Source: Basidiobolus ranarum (taxonomy: Eukaryota). Taken from it: a DNA stretch of 39,921 nt. Where the stretch lies: the NCBI GenBank assembly GCA_040143965.1, contig JASJQH010000040.1:1-39921 (forward strand). The letters are read 5' to 3'. Positions 11,140 through 22,377 of this stretch are shown piece by piece. Below the pieces are notes generated by a model. That model saw only the letters and a list, made by a program, of their open reading frames with translations. It was not told the DNA's origin and made no database searches. The stretch's first letter is position 1. Each line of letters opens with the position of its first letter. Both the position numbers and the translations under genes were made by a program.

Positions 11140-11836
11140 ATTTTAGAAAGTTTCCTTCCTTTTTAGCATAACTTATTTCATCTATGTAAGGTCATCTCAA
11201 TCAAAATAAATATTACTCTGGCATTCTACACTTGTGGTTTATTAGAAGTTGGCGGGCGCTCTTACCAGATACCGTGAGACTGGACTCTCCATACAGCCTG
11301 TTAGTAGTTACCTAACAAATGGTTACATGTATCATGATTGCGTAGGGTTGGAACTTATTCATGCCCTGATTCATTCACACGAGTTCGAGGTCCAATTGCT
11401 AGGCCAGAGATGTTGATTGTGGTCACGCACTTGCAAATTTAAGTTAGACTAAAGCGTCCAATCCCATAGCCAGTAACGTGCATTCTAGCGACACCTCACA
11501 TACCAATCAAATGGCCCGGACGACCCATCAGGTATTGGAAATGACGGATTTGGAAATTCTAAGCGAAACCTGAGACCAAACTTCTTTGAATCCAAGTATA
11601 TCTTGTCATACACCGGATTCCTCATGACTGTTGAGGATTAGTAAAAAGAACATTGTTCAAGAATGGTCATTGTTACGCCGTATAAATACTTACCCTTTGC
11701 TGTCCAGTACTCATACCAAGAGATTTTCCCAGTGATATTAGCTTATACATGACTTCTAAAAACATTCTTTCTTGAGCGAATTTAAAGAATTTCCAAGTAA
11801 TATAGCCCTTTCTGTCTAAAGAAATAAAACTAAACC

Positions 11837-12849
11837 ATGATTGAGTCACCGTAAGTATACCTTGACTGTATTGTAAACATGGCCACTTCCTTATCATTGG
11901 CTTTTCAGGTCTAAAGATAAGCTTGAGACTCCCATCGAGGGCATCTCTCGGTCTGAACGAGTACACCAATTGGTATTCTCCAAATTTTATACTGCTTTAT
12001 ACATTATTATGGCGATACTTTCCCTAATATCAGTAATAATAGTAAGTGATGTTCAAACGTTCAAAAATCTCTCTCGGCTTCTCATTTACTAACGGTCGTT
12101 TCCTGCTTGCTCCCATAATTCGCGGGATCTAGTCTCTTCTACAACAATGGTAAGTGTCTACTGAAAATATCTTGCCATTCCAATGTACTAATTGTAGTTT
12201 GTTGGTGGGGGAAATATTAGCCCTGGAACGTTTTATATTGTGCTTGAAATCATTGTCAACACAGTGATGATAGTCGAAGTTACCATTCGCTTGGTTGTTT
12301 ATGGGAAGGTAAGTAGTGCAATGGCAAATAGCCCAAATAGCTGATCAACCAATAATCTTTGAAATCTATAACAGAAATTTTGGAAATCTTGGATGAATAT
12401 CCTCGATGTAGTCATAGTACTTCTATGTATCATTACAGTCGTATTTTTATTTATGGATTGTTCAACGATTCGAGGACGTGGTGAATTAGCCTCCACTTTA
12501 TTCTTGGTATTTCGTAACACCACACAGTTCTTCCGTTTGTTCATCATGATTCGAAAGTAAGTGGCATCTAGAAGTTGGCGTTAATAATCCATGTTAACCG
12601 TTCCATCTCTCTCCCAGAAATAAGCAACATCTCACTGGAAGAAAACGCAATACCATTGAATTTAAAGGAGTGGTTTCAGAAATAGAAGAGGGAAATTTGG
12701 ATACCGTTCACTCTGGTTTCTCGCCGGGGTATATTTTGGAAGAAGAGTCCGACGATGAACCCTCGGCACCAACCTCGCGTACCTCTACTCATCGCTCCCT
12801 GGCAGGTCTAAAAGAGATTACAGTGATTCCAGCTGCATTAAAGAAGTAA
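11837..12849 (+). CDS. Ion-transport (voltage-sensor-like S1-S4 only) membrane protein, 6 exons
   Basis: Five GTAAGT...AG introns join FSKFYTALYIIMAILSLISVII (S1), LEIIVNTVMIVEVTIRL (S2), FWKSWMNILDVVIVLLC (S3) and LFLVFRNTTQFFRLFIMIRKNK (S4) to an acidic tail. No pore helices are present. Confidence 0.8.
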
Positions 12850-14090
12850 GTCCTGGGTTGAATAAGGCAGACATTACGGAGTAAACAATTCATAATACAC
12901 TTAACCCCAGCCAACTAACCATAACACATTCCCGGTGTCAATATTTCTTCACCCAACCCTTTACATTACATTCAAACGAACTGGTTTAGCGCATCCTCGA
13001 AATCATGTAATTTTGACATTGTTTAGTTAATATGCAAGCCAAATGGAATAAATACCGATCTGTATATATAACATAACACCCAAAGACTCTGCAGATATGA
13101 CTTCAATCATGTATACGGATTGGTTTGCTCCTCGCATAAATCCTGTACGAGGATTACAAGTTTGATTCAATGTTTTAGAACCTCGAAATAGCAAGTGAAA
13201 TGGCCAGAAGAATGTTACGTGGATTCTCATCCAAGACCAGACAAACATGAGCAGAAACCTGTGTCATGATGTTCGCCTTAATATACATATCGTACAGAGA
13301 ATGGTTCCTTGAAATTACTGTTCAAACTAATAAAGTTGAATGTGCTTTGTTACACCCAATGTGAGATTAGAATTAATATAGAAGAGAATGTACGACAGAA
13401 CAGTGTCGAGAAGTGACTGACACCAAGCAAATAAGCGACTATCTTCCCAAGGCAAGCGCAACCTTAACGAACACCCGACCCCAATACGCTATCGCATCAA
13501 TAAACTCAATCTCATGGAATGGATCATCGCGATAACTAAACCAGAACAAGTGAAAGACCAAACCTTAATTGAATTGAATAGGAGTAAAATACTGTGCCAA
13601 GAATTGATTGGCCAATACTCCCTCCATAAGAAATCAATTGTAGCACCAACCAATCCAATACTGGGCGACTTGGCGACTGGGCGATGCTGCTCCAAGCGCA
13701 TTCAAATTCGCACCAACGCGCTCTATGTCATTCAGCAATAGAACGCGAGACTCCAACTGCATAAGACATTGATGATTTATTTTGAAAATGGGATGTTTTG
13801 CCTGCTTTAATCTATCAGAAATGGCATCCTGGAAAATAGGGGATATCACAGCCGAAAAAGAGGTCTATATGTACAATCAATCCGGGGACTTGTTCATATT
13901 TTTCATTCCTCATCTGAAGTCTGAAGCCCAGTTTACTGGAATACGGATATTTCATTTTTCTTGATACTATAGATAAACCCATTAACCAACCCTCGATTCT
14001 CCATTGTTTTATTTTACTCGTATATCTCCCCTAATCCAACTCTAACCTTGAGACGTCTATAGAGTAGACTCGTCAAAAAAATTCAAAATA

Positions 14091-15070
14091 ATGTCAACCA
14101 TTGGAAGATCTTGGGAAACCGCCGAGACTAAAATGCTCATTAACCTACGGCAAGATATGGACCACGAATTCTCCTCCGTGAAGCGTAACGCTCCCCTCTG
14201 GATGAAAATATCTGACCATATAAACAGTGCTGGCTATCAAAGGACCGACAAACAGTGTAAAGAAAAGTGGAAAAACCTACTTTCAGAGTTTAAAGTAAGT
14301 TTGTGTATCAATATCCATGATTGACGCTTATTAGTAATCACCCTTTTTTACAGAGAGCTGAAATGCAGAAAGAGAGTGAGCAACGGGCCTTCCCTTATTA
14401 TGAAGTGTTGAAAGACTTTCTATCTAGACAAAGTTCATATGTTGAATCTCCGACGCAGCCACTAGAAGAGTCCGCCGCCGTAAACTACTCTTCTTCACCT
14501 ACACCTGTAAGTAGACTCATGAATGAACGTGGTCCTGCTATGGGTAGTTGCCTTCCTCCGGTGAACTTACTACCGCCAGTTGGTTATTCTTCTGTAGTTC
14601 GATATTCACCGTCTGCCCCAGCCTTCTCTTACCATACGACGCGTTCACCAAGTGCTCATATTCCAACTCCTATCTACAAATCTCTAACTCGAGAATTAGT
14701 TGATCATGAGTTTGTCGCATCTCCTGTCGTTAAACGTAGAAGAAGTTCCAGCGATAGTGAGAAGTCCTACAGTATAGTTCTCGGGGATATCGTGGAATTA
14801 CTTCGTCGAGAGATTGGAGAGCGTAGAAAATGGGAGGAAAAACTAGAAGTAAACCGAGTGGAAAACGAACGCCGAAGAGAACGCCAAGAAAAGCGCCGCG
14901 AGAGAAGAGAGAAAGATCGTTTGGAACGGCAACATGCGCAAACACTACTACTTGTGGCCATTGCTTCTAGAATTATGCCTAATGTTGGTGATTTGATCCA
15001 CTCAGCAAACATTCGTGATGTGGCAAGCTCAGATTCTGATAGAAATGAGAACGCGGCCGATCCCAACTGA
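14091..15070 (+). CDS. Myb/SANT-like trihelix (GT-1-type) DNA-binding protein with C-terminal coiled coil; intron 14295-14353
   Basis: W-x-x-x-ET..LI..R...F...KRN..LW..IS......GYQRT..QCKEKWKNL...FK, spliced in frame to ...FPYYEVL; Arg/Glu-rich coiled coil near the C-terminus. Confidence 0.85.
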
Positions 15071-16063
15071 ATGAAATAGAAAGATACCTAACCTAACCCT
15101 CTATTCAAATTACTGAAGAGTGTGTGGACAAAGATCCTTATTTCTTATTCAAGCCCTTGTCGTCAGTTGAAGCCTGGTAACAATCTTGACTAAGCACAGG
15201 TTCTTTGTAGATTTAATGGTTTATTCCTTGTGTGGTTTTTAAAAAGAGCTCCTCGAGTGCTCCCATTCCTACTCCTTCTGTACATTATAGCGGTTTAAGT
15301 GGAAACCTTGAATTTTAGAAGCTATCTTTGCACCGTATAACGTCTTTACTTTTCGGTTTTTTGATAAATTGAAGTTTCTCGATACATGTACAAAATTTCG
15401 CACCGATTTTACTAGTGATTTCAGTTGGAATCTGGCGCGCATCATCTAACTATTAGTGTATTAGCGTAATGGCGTAAGATGCTGATGTGTGGTGGCCGTT
15501 TAATCTAGATAGAATTCGATCCTGGTTTCGATGGAGTTTCTATTATAGGTCAATCATTACTATATATACATCGGTGGATCTGGATGTATCGATCGTAAAT
15601 ATACCAATTTTATTCCCTTTTCAAATGATGTTTGTTACTGTGTATATGTATATATAACCCCATATAACCCTAACCCTTAACCATATATTCATCATCACAA
15701 CTGTACCATAACCATCACAACCGTACCATAACCGGATCATTGGAGTTGATCTCTTAGCGCAATCCATTTCATCTGTACGACAAACAGGTTGCTTTCTTGA
15801 ACTTGCTTTCGACATGTATCTTAGATTATCCCATATCCCACTTGGATCCTTCTACGTGTTGTGTTAGGGTTAGCTTAGGTTAAAAACTCTTTCATGGTGT
15901 TTCAGTATCACGTGATATATAACCTCTACACTGTGTAGGTTTGTATGAATATTATTTGAAGGTACATTAGAAAGGGTTGTATTTTTATTTATTTGGAAAG
16001 AATGATTACATGAGTATTCTTGGACATGGCAGAATGAAGAAGCTCGGTGTGTACTTTTAAGGC

Positions 16064-16985
16064 TTAGATATCAGTGAAGACTTGGGGCTCTTTGAATTCT
16101 TTGGCAATCTTGGCACCAGAGTCTTCAGAAGCGTCACCGTGAAGTTCCATCAATTTACCAACATCGAATTTGGGGGCCTTGAGGATCTTGACTTTGTGAA
16201 GGTAGACGTTTTGAAGAGGATAGATACCTTGGCAAGCCTTTTCAATCTCGCGACCAATAACCTCAGGAATGAACTTTTGAACCAAAGATTTCAAATCGCA
16301 AGTACTAGCTTCACGGGTCATAATTTCGAACATCTTCTTGCGAATTTGACGAATTTGAGCTGATTGAGCATAGGTGGTCTTCTTGAGTTGGTTGGGTCTT
16401 CTACGAGTGAAACCAATGGAGAAAAGACGAAGAAGGTAACCATCGGTGGTCTTAACATCAACATGAGCTTCGATGAGAGATTGCCATTTTTTGACAAGGG
16501 ATCTCAACTTATCCGATGTGAAAGTCATACCGTGGAAGTTGGTGAGGCAGTTTTTACCTTGGACTTCGTCAACTCTGAGGCGAATCTTACGGAAAGATTG
16601 CTCCTCATCCTTGTTCAAATCAGCAAGGGAAACTTCGAGAACGCGGCCCTTCAAGTAGTCAACAGCGTTCTTCAAACCTTGAGTACGGTTGACAAGGGTC
16701 TTGCCAACGTTACGGACCTCGAAGAGAGAAGGAGCCTTGATATCATACCAGTCCTTACGGGTGAAGGGATCGACACTAATAAGTTGAATACCTTAGGTTA
16801 GATGGATGGAACAGATTACAAATGATGATTATTAAAAAATGAACGTACATCTTCTTCTTCAAACCCTTCTTTCCTTTACTAAGACGTCTGCATAAAAAAG
16901 TTAGCAATCAAAGCAATGGTTATGACATCAAGCACCCAAGCAAATAAACAGAAACTTATACGTACTTGTTCTTTCCGACAGCCAT
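16064..16985 (-). CDS. RPS1: 40S ribosomal protein eS1 (S3a), 3 exons (introns 16888-16965, 16776-16848)
   Basis: [35 protein letters not shown]...[12 protein letters not shown]...CLTNFHGM, with strong codon bias. Confidence 0.97.
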
Positions 16986-17423
16986 GTTGTATGAATTTGT
17001 TCACAAGCGAAAGTTCGAATGTAAACGCAAAAGGAAGGTACAAATTCAACTTCATCAGGTATTTAAGAGGATTTTCATCAACCAATGAAATGGCCAGTAA
17101 GGATTTGGGCATTTTCCACCACTTTAATCACACTTTTTGAATAGCGTCTTAGGTACTAGTAATAGCCATATTAACAGGCTGTACTTGACTGCACTTACAA
17201 AGAAGTAGCATATAGAGCTCAGAAAGATATGTAGCTTGACGTGGTTGCAACTTCTTTTAATACAAGCACGTTGCCATGATTTTCTAGAGTTGGGCGGTTA
17301 TTTGATAATAGGTGAATTCAATTGGTGAATTTTCATACAAGAAGGGCAGATCAATTGGTGATTTCTCATACATGTATATCGTTATTAGCGCGTCTGTTTG
17401 AAATTCTAGCATTTCTCATCTTT

Positions 17424-17436
17424 GGGTTAGGGCTAG
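17424..17436. promoter_or_regulatory. Telobox-like motif GGGTTAGGGCTAG in the RPS1/TBC divergent promoter
   Basis: The same motif family recurs in several intergenic regions (see findings). Confidence 0.4.
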
Positions 17437-17892
17437 AGTTGGACAAAGCTACTGTAGAGGCTACAAATGATCTCATTGGTGGATAAACATGAAATATTTA
17501 CCCATTCCATCGACAAGCAAGTTGTGCAAGATAGTATTGCTAGGAAAATGTTAGGTAACCTATGTACTCATTGGAATGACAGCTGAGAATGGAGGAATTG
17601 TAACATTAGCTGTGCAACTGATCCCCCCAAACTCCCCCCAACTCCCGACCATTTTATCTTATCTCCCAGGAGTTACAATCTAACTAGTCTAAGCTTCTAA
17701 TGCATAAATAATCCCCCATTGTGAGCCTATTTTGGTCAATCGGAAAAAAATTCCTTTCGAAATCTATTCGTATATCAACGTAGAACGAAAGATTAGACTC
17801 AAAGAACACCGAATATCAATATATTCTTGATTGTCGATTTCTCTCTTTTCACTCTCAATACACACTAGAAGTATTTTATTGACCTTCATTCT

Positions 17893-19256
17893 ATGATCCA
17901 ATACTATGGCCCAACTATTCCGCCTTCTCCCAGACCTAAAAGAGAGAAGATATCTTATATGCTAGATACTCTAGGTGAATTTGAAGAGATTTTAAATGCC
18001 GAGATGTACGTGGATTTGGGAAAGCTACGTCGCTCATCACGTCATGGCATTCCATCTGAAGTCAGAGGGGTACGCATCCAATTCCACTCTTTCCTCATAG
18101 TTTGAGAAATGTGCTATTTTGAACGAGATTGAAACATCCAATTCAAACCCCCACGTGCTAAACTTTTCTCTCCTTCCTGAATAGGAAGTTTGGAAGTTCC
18201 TCCTCGGTGTGGAGCAAGCAGACAGATGTAAGTGTTGCTGTGGAAGTTTTTTCAATTCAAACAAATCACTTATCGAGCATTTGCAGCTCACGAAATGTCC
18301 AGCATCAAAGCTCGCGCGGAAGAATATCAGTTAATGGATAAAGAAAATACCGAATCATCCAAGCGCATTCATGGGGAAGTGTCCCGGTATTGCCGTAAGA
18401 TGGGTATTTCCACACATAATGGGAAACTTACTACTTTTGAGAATGTAATTTCTGCATATTTAAACCGAAACAAGGCGGTTGAATATACGCCCGCTTTAGT
18501 TTCATTATGTGGTCCTTTCGTAGAAACCATAGATAACGAGTCCGAGGTCTTCTTCTGCTTTGAGCGTTTAATGACTATACTAAGTAAGTAAATCCAACCA
18601 CTCTATCCACGCAATTTGGTTATTGATGGTTGTGTTTAGGCGAACATTTTGAAGAGTGTGGAGTCAATGAAATCGTAGCCAAGTTCTTGACTCTCTTCCG
18701 TATATCTATCCCTGATCTGTATCTTTTTTTGGTTCTTCCACATTTGATCTTTCACCAATCTTGAAATATGCTCCTTAAATCGACATTCAACAGATATAAT
18801 TATTTCCAAGAAGAAGAAGTCGATCTGAATGAGTGGGCCACTTCATGGCTTCTTCACCTTTTAGCTAAAGAGCTGCCTCTTGAATGTCTACTCAGGTTGT
18901 GGGATTCGTATTTTTCAAGTAACGATTTCCTAGAGTTGCACTTGTACGTCTGCATTGGTATGTTTTCAATCGATCATTTTGGTTTTGACTTGGACCTAAC
19001 CAACGCTCAAAACACTTACTAGCAATGTTGAGGTACTACAAAGACAACCTCGAAGAACTTGAACACTCTGAGATTAGAGCATTGCTGTTACGCCTTCCAG
19101 AACTAGATATGGATCAGGTAAGGCGCTATGCATATTGTATTTACTATTCTTCCCAATCCTAGTACCGGGACTAACGCTATAGTTCATCAGGTCATTCATC
19201 AAGCTATATATCTTATGCATGAAATCAAAGAACGTGAGATCTCAGACACATTGTAA
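17893..19256 (+). CDS. TBC (Rab-GAP) domain protein, 7 exons; start may be the ATG at 17959
   Basis: VDLGKLRRSSRHGIPSEVRG|EVWKFLLG, ESEVFFCFERLM, PDLYNYFQEEEV...W..SWL..LLAKELPLECLLRLWDSYF, LHLYVCIA. Confidence 0.85.
18719..18793 (+). other. U12-type (minor spliceosome) GT-AG intron in the TBC gene
   Basis: The 5' splice site is GTATCTTT, and a branch-like TCCTTAAAT at 18772-18780 lies close to the terminal CAG. Removal restores IPDL|YNYFQEE in frame. Confidence 0.75.
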
Positions 19257-19848
19257 CTTGTCACCTCCGTAAGAATATCTCCCCCAAGAGCAACTTGGCT
19301 CCCTGTTTATTAGAGCGACCCTGTATTCGTTAGCGCCTGCATTTATTTATGTGTGTTATTTTTAGACTTCTCTTCACAAGTGTACTCAATTAATTTCCAC
19401 TTTTCTTTCAGTTTGCAATTCATCATACACATTAGTAATTCCAAGCTTTAATATGCTTAGTGTTGTTTGAAAGTACTCAACATATTCAATTGATCTTTTC
19501 TGTTAATGTCGTATCAAAGAGAGTGCTAGACTGTTACGTTCACCTGTGTATTCATCTGCTCTCCATAAATCACACCACTCGTTTTATTCGATCGTGTTTG
19601 TATACACTATGTGTTGGTATACCGATACAAGTACGCTCAGACTCGGTGTTTTACCGATTGTACGTGTACATATTTCGATACAATGCAACTTCGCCTACTG
19701 AGCCACATTAGAAGTTCAACCATTATTTTACAACTCGACCAATTATATTTATATATTTGATGAATTCTCGAGAAAACTATACTAAATCGTTCAGCTATTA
19801 TAAGGGAAGCAAATTACATGACAGAAAGGATATATATCTTGGAAGGAA

Positions 19849-20564
19849 TTAGATAAAATGCTTTGCTACATAAACATTCGTGATAATGAACAGAAGGCCA
19901 AGTAGGATTATTTTGAATAGAATGGACTTCCACTAAAGTCAAGAAAAGATAGGTTATTTACTGATTGCACAACTACATAATCAGAGATAACTTACAACGC
20001 TGCTTGGTTTTTCTACTGCTTTCAAAGTTAATTCACGTTCACGTTGTTCGAGTTCTTCACACAGTGTCTTCAGTTCCAACCACCTTTGTTCTTTCTCGTT
20101 TATGGCTTTATCTCTTTCGCTAATCTCCTGTTTCACTAAATATATTGAAAAGAATGTTTAAAGAACTGGTATTATATTATATAGAGAATAAACCCTTTCG
20201 AAAAAAAACATACCTTGAGTAAACATTGATTTAAAAGTCAATATCTTCTCTTTCATATCAGTCAAGTTACGTTCCATAAGTAAAATTTCGTCAGCTTTTT
20301 CTTCGGATATCTAAAGAAAGTCCTTGTAAATCTTTGATACTTTTGGTCGAGTTGAAAAAATAACTTTACTTTTTGTTGAGCGGTTAAAAGTTCTAACTTT
20401 TGGTTTAATTCTTGCTTTTCTTGGCCCAATGTTCGAAATTCATGGGCTAATTCATCAGCACTATCTTTGAAATCTCGTGGCAACAGCTTCATCGGAGTAG
20501 AAATTACCAACGTTTTATGCAAGGGATTCCTTGCTGGAGTGGGTGCGGTCAAGATGTTTACCAT
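19849..20564 (-). CDS. Small coiled-coil protein with C-terminal transmembrane tail anchor, 4 exons
   Basis: In-frame GT-AG joins give ...LTAQQK|ISEEKADEILLMERNL...FTQ|VKQEISERDKAINEKEQRWLELK...KPSSV|WKSILFKIILLGLLFIITNVYVAKHFI*. Confidence 0.7.
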
Positions 20565-20986
20565 GTTTCGTGTAGTTCACTATCGTGTAAAGGAAGAAGG
20601 TATAACTGGATTATTATTGACGTAACAGCCTTAAGAGTAACAGCTAGTAAGTTAATTTGTATAGGGTAAAAAAGGGAGATTCATCCATATCTGAGGAAAA
20701 TTCTTGTGGTCACAATAAAGCAGGGATATTTTGTTACTTGTTATCAACAAAGGATAAGTTGGTAAACAATCTGAATTGTATGATGATTATCTCCAAATAT
20801 GCTTAATCATGGCCGTTGAGGAGACGATATGACCATTGGCCAAGCAGTCTCGAGTAAGAGCATATATGGAACCCGAATATTATAATGGTTGGAGTAATAC
20901 GAATGTAGATGATCTTGGAATATCCTATGTGAATTGAATACTCTCTTTCATTTGATAATAGAACGTAATACCACTTCATTTTTACC

Positions 20987-21908
20987 ATGAAGTCTTCTTC
21001 CCAGACCTTTAAATTTCCTTCCATTCACAACTTTCCACCTTTCTACACGTATGTTAAGTCTATTATTGTTACCGTTACCGTTACTGTTACTATTGTTATT
21101 TGTTATGTTTAAAGTTACTTACTCGAAAGCGTTTATGCTACTTGATTTATAATAGACAACAACCTACGCAGTCAACTTGGCAGCATCAGATACAACTATG
21201 GAGTAACTTGATATTGTCTTATTATCGTCATCATAAACTTTGCGTGCTAGAGTTGACGAATGAATTGGACAAAGAATTATTCAATAATAGCAAGATTAAC
21301 CGTATGAAATATGTTGATGTAATATATTGAAACAAGTTGACGCTAAACTTCTTTTTTCCTTGAATAGGAAAGCTAGATCTGGTCACCTTACAGACCATCA
21401 TAGATGAACTGGTGAAACAAGGTTAGTCCACAAAGAGTTATTTACTTATCAAAGAGGTTTTAAACAAACATTGGATATTTATTCTTAGGTATGGCTGAGT
21501 GGTTGCCTCCAACAACCCAAAAATCTAGAGCTTTAATATTTTGGCGTAAACCTGAGGATTGGGCTAGCATGATTTACAACTGGGTACATAATTATGAGAA
21601 ACTACATCCTTTTATAAATATTAACTAATCCTTGGTTTCCCTCTAGGTCAAAGAAAGCGGACAAACTAATACCGTACTCACTGTTTTTGAAATACTGCAT
21701 GGAGAGAATACCGAAGATTTAGGTAGTGTAAAGAGACCAAGCCCCTCCCTCATTGTATGGTATAATATTAACGATTGGGTGAATTCTAGAATTTCATGAA
21801 CTTGATGATATTTTGTTTCAAAAGGCTTTGAAGATTCTAATTGATCAAGGAAAAGCACAAACGCTAACGGGCACTAGTAGCGATGATATGGGCGTAAAGT
21901 TCTATTAA
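20987..21908 (+). CDS. VPS25: ESCRT-II subunit Vps25, 6 exons
   Basis: FKFPSIHNFPPFYT|QQPTQSTWQHQIQLWSNLILSY...LFNNSKIN|RKL...ALIFWRKPEDWASMIYNW|VKESGQTNTVLTVFEI...GVKFY*. Confidence 0.93.
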
Positions 21909-22377
21909 ATCCCTCTTCAGATTCATTCATTTCATATACATATTCCTATACATCGGTCATATTATGGGTATTTTGGATACCGCGATTGGTTATTAGTTCG
22001 TATGCACATACACACTTTAATGTCAAAGTATTTGATATTTGTGTAATGTGACTGGATTTCGTAATCTATAAAATAAAAATGATTTCCTGGTAGATTGGGT
22101 TTACCAGTCCGAGAACATGATTAAGAGGGATACGCGCGATAAAGGACAAACATCCAACGCATAATTCAAGACTATCGCTACTATTTTGAAATGATTTGCG
22201 AGGAGTGTTACGTGGAACACAGAATAAGAATAGCTAGCCACTTGATCTTGGATGTGAAAAGAGGACGTGAGTTTGTACATTAATAAATAGAGATGGAGGG
22301 AGGCGCAAAGATGTTATCATAGGTTGTAAGCTAAACGTCAACAAAGGGGTCTTGGTGAATTTCCAAATACCAAATGG

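Noticed and set aside
15420-15545. tRNA/snRNA-like text (TTCGATCC)
   Set aside because: No cloverleaf, A-box or acceptor stem can be built, and no spliceosomal snRNA signature was seen anywhere in the window.
16082-16801. Antisense ORFs over RPS1 (likewise over GOT2, UAP1, TCD, BST1)
   Set aside because: These are shadows of strongly codon-biased genes, with no independent motifs.
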